Sequence record: NC_049383.1
DNA: 64,000 nucleotides
Strand: one strand, 5' to 3'
Shown here: positions 58,213-64,000 of the stretch, one piece after another
Layout: each line of letters opens with the position of its first letter
Position numbering within the stretch: position 1 is the stretch's first letter
Notes under the pieces: model-generated
Seen by the model: only the letters and a program-made list of their open reading frames with translations
The model's database searches: none
What the model was told of the DNA's origin: nothing
Made by a program: the position numbers and the translations under genes

Positions 58213-59859
58213 TTATTTTAATTCTACAAATCCTTGCTTTCCAAGGGTGTTTATTTTTACTAATTCTACACCTTCTAAATCGAAATCCTTCCCAACACCA
58301 TAAATTGATGGTATATTCAAAGACTTTGAAAGTGCTAATATGTGCGAAAATACAACATTTTCTCTTACTATCAAAATTTCTTTGTCGATTAATTCCTTAG
58401 ATTCACATTCAGAGTCTATTACAAGAACCTTTTCGGGTATAGCCATGTTACTACCTCTACAATGAGAAGTACCTAAAATTGCATCACTAGGCACTTTTAC
58501 ATCCTTAATTGATTGCGTACTCGTAACTCTCAATTGTAAAATATGAATATTAAAACCATCAAAACAAAACTCAATTTGTACATCAGATTCAAAATCCTTA
58601 GATAATTCCATAATCAACCTCTCAATATAATCAGAAACCAACTTGGAAACCTTTATTTCACTAACTTTACCACCAACAATATCATCACGCTTGTCTGATA
58701 TCGCAATATCAAATTTACCATCATAAACATTAGCAACACCAATATAACCTTCAACCTCTCTTTGATAAAAATAATGAAATTCATTTTGTGGTCGCAAATC
58801 TTTATACTTTTCATATTCAGATTCCATAGTTTTTATAGTTTCTTCACATTTTTCAGTAGAAATACCAAAGTATGAAGTTAAAATACCACCCATAGACTTA
58901 TTTGGAGACGTTCTAAGAGCATATTTACCATCTAAAGGTGTCTTACTATACTCAGGAATAGAAACGTCCTTAAAACGGCTTAAAAATGCTAATGAGCCAA
59001 ATTTAGCACCACACTTCTCTTCTTCGATAACATAATCCAATAAAGCCTTTGATGTTGTCCTTCCACAAGCGTAAAATTCATTAAAATGATTTCTCATGTG
59101 ATATAACATCTTTAGTTGCTCTTCTGTTGGTTTATGTTTCTTTTTATCCATCATCCAGTTTCTCTCCAATACATTTCCCAAATAGTTGCATTTAACTTGA
59201 CCACTTGAAATATGTAAAACCTTTCGTTCATTAGAATCGAACCAACTATCCGTACTACTCAAACCAGTTGCGTGTAAAAGTGGGTATAAATCAACATGAC
59301 CTTCAAATCCACATTCAATAAATAAACCACATTGAGTTATTACACCGTTTCTTAATTTTTGCTCTTGTGTTAACGGATATTCATTAACATTATCCATCGA
59401 ATACACACCAAAATTATTATCTATGAAAATAGAATCACGGAATATTGTTCCTAATGTCTCAGCTTTAAAAACTTTTTTCAATGCAGTAACATCCCTATCA
59501 TCGAAATCATTATCTAAAACATATTCAATTTGATATGTCTCATAGGAAACTCTATAATCTCTATTTAAACGACTTAATAAAGTTCTCCAACCAGTATAAA
59601 GCATTTCGTTTGCTGTCTCTAATTCAGATATATCATGTTGAGGTGTTATATAAATACCTTCTTCGGTTCTTGTATCACCTGCTAAAATAAAAGCCTTTCT
59701 AAAGAAGCCCAAAATATAAACCATATGTTTTTCATCATTGATATCCAAACCACCCGATAAAATAATTTCCAATGCTATGTGAAATTCTCCTGATGATATA
59801 TTATCTTGAATCTGTCTTGTTAAATCTTCACCTAATGCGTAAAATGATAAACTTGCCAT
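58213..59859 (-). CDS. PEP synthase/PPDK-like dikinase-fold protein with phospho-His swivel domain
   Basis: ALRTSPNKSMGGILTS, VQIEFCFDGFNIHILQLR, FSHILALSKSLNIPSIYG. Confidence 0.7.
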   Translation of the reverse strand: MASLSFYALGEDLTRQIQDNISSGEFHIALEIILSGGLDINDEKHMVYILGFFRKAFILAGDTRTEEGIYITPQHDISELETANEMLYTGWRTLLSRLNRDYRVSYETYQIEYVLDNDFDDRDVTALKKVFKAETLGTIFRDSIFIDNNFGVYSMDNVNEYPLTQEQKLRNGVITQCGLFIECGFEGHVDLYPLLHATGLSSTDSWFDSNERKVLHISSGQVKCNYLGNVLERNWMMDKKKHKPTEEQLKMLYHMRNHFNEFYACGRTTSKALLDYVIEEEKCGAKFGSLAFLSRFKDVSIPEYSKTPLDGKYALRTSPNKSMGGILTSYFGISTEKCEETIKTMESEYEKYKDLRPQNEFHYFYQREVEGYIGVANVYDGKFDIAISDKRDDIVGGKVSEIKVSKLVSDYIERLIMELSKDFESDVQIEFCFDGFNIHILQLRVTSTQSIKDVKVPSDAILGTSHCRGSNMAIPEKVLVIDSECESKELIDKEILIVRENVVFSHILALSKSLNIPSIYGVGKDFDLEGVELVKINTLGKQGFVELK

Positions 59860-59861
59860 AA

Positions 59862-60257
59862 TTAAATAAATGTTGCTAATGATAAATCTTTGTTAATACT
59901 AGTACCACAGTTTGTTGCCTTGTTTATTTTAAAAACCTTACCAATACAACCATTTTTAAAATTAATCAAATCTTTGTCATTTTGACCATTGAACTGTTTT
60001 AATTTATTAATCTCACCAAATGGTGTATCAATGAAGTGTGGAAACCAAATATTAATAACTTCCAAACTCAAAAAGTTTTTTGATTCATGTATAACTCTAC
60101 AAGTTCGACCAAATCCAGTAATTCTACTTGGTTTTAGTAAAACCAATTCACCAACTTTTATTTCCGATGAATTTATTTTAAAAATTCTAGTTGCGTCAAT
60201 TGATACAACTTCACCAATCGGAAACGCTTCTTTTAAATTTTGTTGAATAGTATTCAT
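59862..60257 (-). CDS. hypothetical protein
   Basis: Start set at MNTIQQ, downstream of promoter 60295. Confidence 0.75.
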   Translation of the reverse strand: MNTIQQNLKEAFPIGEVVSIDATRIFKINSSEIKVGELVLLKPSRITGFGRTCRVIHESKNFLSLEVINIWFPHFIDTPFGEINKLKQFNGQNDKDLINFKNGCIGKVFKINKATNCGTSINKDLSLATFI

Positions 60258-60294
60258 AATTTTATGTTTTATTTTTAATGAATTTTTGATACAA

Positions 60295-60325
60295 CAAATG
60301 TAAAAACAATTATCCATTAAAACAA
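60295..60325 (-). promoter_or_regulatory. Bacteroidota-type promoter
   Basis: -7 TACATTTG (60295-302), 20-nt spacer, TTG. Confidence 0.7.
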
Positions 60326-60365
60326 GAATTTTTATAAGAATTTTTTAAACCTCTCTCCGCGCGCT

Positions 60366-60541
60366 TTTATTTATGTTATTTGTATTTATAATATATAAAA
60401 GAAAATGCACCTAGGTGCATTTTCACTGATTTTCTTTCAATGAAAAATTCGTTTTATTAAGAATCTTTCAAAGAATTTGTTAAAATATTATCGCTACAGC
60501 AAGGTTTGTATATGTCGAAAATTTTTCGGGTGTAATTGTTT
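60366..60541. repeat. dispersed ~176-bp non-coding repeat, copy 2
   Basis: Matches 19101-19276; contains perfect 24-bp palindrome gaaaatgcacctaggtgcattttc (60401-24). Confidence 0.95.
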
Positions 60542-60772
60542 AAAATTTAACAAAATTCATAAATTTGTTAAATTCTTATAAAACGTTGTAAATCAGTTAC
60601 TTAAAATTGTAATCGAAAATGTTAAAAATTTTGTCATGTCGAATATTTTAAGTATGTTATTTTAACAATTTTAACAAATTTTTAACATTTATTTTTTTAA
60701 TGACAAAATAAAAAGTGTATAATATTGAAAACTAATACTTTACACTTAAATTTGTAGTGAGTTAAAAATAAA

Positions 60773-60813
60773 AAAATATGGCTCAGAATTAGCTAAATTC
60801 TGAGCCATATTTT
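60773..60813 (-). terminator. intrinsic terminator
   Basis: 18-bp perfect inverted repeat aaaatatggctcagaatt/aattctgagccatatttt. Confidence 0.85.
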
Positions 60814-61261
60814 ATAAATCGTTATTATAAATTGTGTTGTTATTATGCTTTATATTTCGATAACCTATTGTTTCCATAATACTTTCTGATTCATCAACTT
60901 CATTAACTTGAAAATCCTTCATCTTACCATTCACCATTCCATTATGAAAAATTCTTAAAGGGTTGTTATACCACCAAAAGTTGTGCATAGCTTCATAAAT
61001 CATTTGTTGACTTATGAATTTAGGTAGTTCATCATCTGATGTTATATTTGTTTTTTGGAATCCGTTTAATGGTCTATAATATTGATGTCCTTTTTGACGA
61101 ACATAAACATCATATTTGAAAATAAGCGTGTGATTAAGTCTCCAATCAACTATTTTATCGTTGTAAACAGCAATCATTAAAATATCACCGCTTTCTAGTT
61201 TGTATTCAGTACAAACCTTTCCTGCCCAATCATAAGGCTTACTTTGTTGTGTATTTCCCAT
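60812..61261 (-). CDS. hypothetical protein
   Basis: 149-aa ORF. Confidence 0.75.
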   Translation of the reverse strand: MGNTQQSKPYDWAGKVCTEYKLESGDILMIAVYNDKIVDWRLNHTLIFKYDVYVRQKGHQYYRPLNGFQKTNITSDDELPKFISQQMIYEAMHNFWWYNNPLRIFHNGMVNGKMKDFQVNEVDESESIMETIGYRNIKHNNNTIYNNDL

Positions 61262-61895
61262 TTATGTAAATTTTGTTTTTGTCAGTAAATTTAATATTAG
61301 AAATTTTTAATAATTTGTTATCATATTCGATATTAACAACCTTTATTATTTCACCTGAACCAAATGTATATTCAGCAACTATTTTTTTATCATCAAATGT
61401 TACTTGAACAGGTCTTAGTTCTGTATGAAAATCAATTTTTATAAGTACTAATTTTGATTGAACAAATTTACAAACATCGAATGATGTTTTATTATCAGCC
61501 AACCTTTTACTGGAAAAGAAATCTTTAAATGCAAATCCAAATTCACTTATCACCTTTATACTTCTAGCTTTTCTTTCCAATAAATATAAATCATCATTAG
61601 AAATTATACAATTATCACCAATTGTCGATTTACCATTTAGGAATAGACTAAGAGTACGCTGTAGCTTCTTTAAATAAAGTTTATTCTCTATATTGAAGTC
61701 TCGTTGGTGACTGAAATACTTTAATTTACCTTGATTCCTTACTATTTTTTGTTGGATTTTTATAACTCTAAGTAATCTAGCCCATTTTATGAATAGTTCT
61801 GATTTACCGAAACTTTTCTCATTTATACTTTTGATTAGCCTTCTAGTTAAAAACTCATCCATATCATTATATTTTTTAAAGTTCTTCATAAACAA
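61239..61895 (-). CDS. hypothetical protein
   Basis: 218-aa basic ORF. Confidence 0.75.
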   Translation of the reverse strand: MFMKNFKKYNDMDEFLTRRLIKSINEKSFGKSELFIKWARLLRVIKIQQKIVRNQGKLKYFSHQRDFNIENKLYLKKLQRTLSLFLNGKSTIGDNCIISNDDLYLLERKARSIKVISEFGFAFKDFFSSKRLADNKTSFDVCKFVQSKLVLIKIDFHTELRPVQVTFDDKKIVAEYTFGSGEIIKVVNIEYDNKLLKISNIKFTDKNKIYINGKYTTK

Positions 61896-62163
61896 TTTCT
61901 TTAGTTACTTTTAAAATTTTAAACACTCCTTCAAAATGTCTTTTACTATTTCTAATAGATATTTTACTATTGAAGTTTTTAATTTCTTCAATATGTTCCT
62001 TTGCTTGTTCTAAACCATATATTTCTTCCTTGGTTATCTCTCCACGCTTAAACATACCGATTCTTTCAACATATTTAGAATAAGACCCCATTTCAAAAGT
62101 AGTCCACTTATTATGTTCAGGGTACTTATACATTACTCTGTATTCAGTATCTTGTTTACTCAT
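61876..62163 (-). CDS. hypothetical protein
   Basis: 95-aa ORF. Confidence 0.7.
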   Translation of the reverse strand: MSKQDTEYRVMYKYPEHNKWTTFEMGSYSKYVERIGMFKRGEITKEEIYGLEQAKEHIEEIKNFNSKISIRNSKRHFEGVFKILKVTKEIVYEEL

Positions 62164-62164
62164 T

Positions 62165-62785
62165 TTAAATCTTTTCTCTAATTGTTAGTATATTCTTATT
62201 TTCATTCAAAGAAAATTCCATATCTTTTTTATGGAATATATTGCTTCTACCACCTTTAAAGTAAAGATAATGGAATAACTTACCACACTTGAATCTGAAA
62301 CCACCAAAACCATCCGTATCATACTCTACATAATCGAATTTTAGACCTCTAAGTTCTAATCTAAGTTCATGTTTACCATTATCACCTCTATATCGTTTAT
62401 TAAATCTAATTAAATCACTATTTATAAGAACACCCATAACACAATCATCACCCATAAAAGAAATATCGAAAAAATCAATAATCTCAATTGAATTTTTAAT
62501 ATTCATTATTGATATAATATATTGTGAATTTGGAATTTCATCTATCAATCTACCATTAAGATAGTCTGTATAAATTCTATTCCATTTCTTTAGGTCTTGT
62601 TTATATATTTTATTGAATTTTTGTGATATCCTATCACCTTGTTTACGACATATATAACTAAGTGTTGATATAGCTTTAGAAAATATACACATTGTGTCAT
62701 AGATACCCCTAACTGGTTTATCATGCGCTTTATGTCTTTCTATTTCATCGAAGAAAAAATCTTCCTTACTTGTGTTTTTTACCAT
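62165..62785 (-). CDS. hypothetical protein
   Basis: 206-aa ORF. Confidence 0.75.
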   Translation of the reverse strand: MVKNTSKEDFFFDEIERHKAHDKPVRGIYDTMCIFSKAISTLSYICRKQGDRISQKFNKIYKQDLKKWNRIYTDYLNGRLIDEIPNSQYIISIMNIKNSIEIIDFFDISFMGDDCVMGVLINSDLIRFNKRYRGDNGKHELRLELRGLKFDYVEYDTDGFGGFRFKCGKLFHYLYFKGGRSNIFHKKDMEFSLNENKNILTIREKI

Positions 62786-62788
62786 GAT

Positions 62789-62944
62789 TTATAAATTTTG
62801 ATTATATGAACCTTTTTCTAATCTTTCTAAGTTTGATGTATCTAATGAAATAACATATTCTATTGACTCTTCCCAACCATTTAATAATACATTTTTTACA
62901 CCTTCATTTTTTAATTGTAGTAATTCTGATTTAATTGATTTCAT
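62789..62944 (-). CDS. small hypothetical protein (not in ORF track)
   Basis: 51 aa MKSIKSELLQLKNEG... after promoter 62969. Confidence 0.65.
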   Translation of the reverse strand: MKSIKSELLQLKNEGVKNVLLNGWEESIEYVISLDTSNLERLEKGSYNQNL

Positions 62945-62968
62945 TTTTAATTATTTTTAAATATTATT

Positions 62969-63016
62969 CAAATATATAACAAAAAATCCGTTCCACAAAA
63001 CGCGGAACGGATTTTT
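62969..63016 (-). promoter_or_regulatory. promoter overlapping terminator
   Basis: -7 TATATTTG (62969-76), 19-nt spacer, TTTG (62996-99) in the loop of aaaaaatccgttcc/ggaacggatttttt. Confidence 0.8.
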
Positions 63017-63017
63017 T

Positions 63018-63968
63018 TTAAATAAAATATGCCTTTAGGAATTTAGTTGCATCTTCCCTAATACGGTTTTTCTCAACCTTTAGTGTATATTCTAAATATA
63101 AATACTCACCTTTTTGGGCGTATATATTCATATCACAATGCCTTCTATTTTTGTTTACACCATCTAGTTCAATATATCTTTTAAATCCTTTAAAGCTACT
63201 TAAAAAAGTCTTACTAGATGTATTCTGTTTAGATATCTGAGCTTTTAAAAGTTTATCGGTTACAGAATCAACACATTCACCTAAATTTTTTTGTAGTGTT
63301 GTATCATTTGAGTTAACCTTTTCAATCTTTTTAACGAATTTTCTATATTGATTCATAATAGTTATATATCTAGCAACAAAACCACTTTGTGTATTTGCTA
63401 GTTTATATGCTATTTCCATCAATATTGTTCTTGATTTAAGTTCATCACCATGAAGGTCTTTTACAGCGTCTAAATCGAAGCTTATACCTAAATTATGCGA
63501 GAAACAACCATCAATAGTGTGTAACTTTTCCATATCATCAATATACTGAATACTGAAATATGTTCTTTGATTTACTGTATCACCGACACTAATATTTATT
63601 CTAGAATCATCAACATAAGATATTTCGGGTTTTATGTTGTGGATTATGTTTTCATATAAGCTAGAAAGGTTTGCTTTCATAGTACTTATACTTGTTTTGA
63701 TATTATTATGTTCTGATTCTGAAACACTTACACTAATATTAACTTTTGAGTGTAATTGTTTTCTATAAATTATGTAATTAAGGAGTTTATCGATTGAATC
63801 GAATCTCTTTTGGAATTTTACAGCATTTATATATTCGTTAATCGAAACATATCTTTTTGATGTTTTTTCAATCTCTAACACATACCCATTTTTAGAGAAG
63901 TTAACATTTGTTATGAAGTCAATATTGCATGACATACATGACTTAACAACTTCAATTAACTCATCCAT
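63018..63968 (-). CDS. hypothetical protein
   Basis: 316-aa ORF. Confidence 0.8.
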   Translation of the reverse strand: MDELIEVVKSCMSCNIDFITNVNFSKNGYVLEIEKTSKRYVSINEYINAVKFQKRFDSIDKLLNYIIYRKQLHSKVNISVSVSESEHNNIKTSISTMKANLSSLYENIIHNIKPEISYVDDSRINISVGDTVNQRTYFSIQYIDDMEKLHTIDGCFSHNLGISFDLDAVKDLHGDELKSRTILMEIAYKLANTQSGFVARYITIMNQYRKFVKKIEKVNSNDTTLQKNLGECVDSVTDKLLKAQISKQNTSSKTFLSSFKGFKRYIELDGVNKNRRHCDMNIYAQKGEYLYLEYTLKVEKNRIREDATKFLKAYFI

Positions 63969-64000
63969 TTCAATATTTTTATCGATTGATTCATTTACTG

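Overview
AT-rich (roughly 25-28% GC by eye) 64-kb segment of a large dsDNA phage, probably jumbo-sized. About 90 densely packed genes lie on the minus strand and only one credible gene on the plus strand. The host is probably Bacteroidota: about 20 intergenic TAnnTTTG/TTTG (-7/-33) promoters with 19-21 nt spacers, no Shine-Dalgarno motifs noticed, and Bacteroidota-type signal peptides. Recognisable core genes are an NAD-dependent DNA ligase, a 1479-aa AEP-primase/SF2-helicase fusion, a single-chain Mre11-Rad50 (SbcD-SbcC) fusion and a clamp-loader ATPase. Accessory genes include an adenylate kinase-DEDDh exonuclease fusion, an amino-MTase-SNF2 helicase operon with a DUF262-like gene, an ABC-ATPase-GNAT gene split by one in-frame TGA, an outer-membrane beta-barrel plus lipoprotein cassette, a LemA/TPM-like pair, a NADAR-HAD fusion, a RimK-like ATP-grasp protein, MazG and Nudix hydrolases, and a PEP-dikinase-like protein. 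Non-coding highlights are a ~176-bp element with a 24-bp palindrome present twice, 41.3 kb apart; terminators superimposed on the next promoter; a promoter/terminator-bounded ~90-nt sRNA candidate; and a three-hairpin RNA upstream of an Arg/Lys-rich protein that has a 36-aa paralog nearby. No tRNA, rRNA, CRISPR array, integrase, transposase or recognisable capsid/tail gene was seen. All family calls come from motif reading without database searches.
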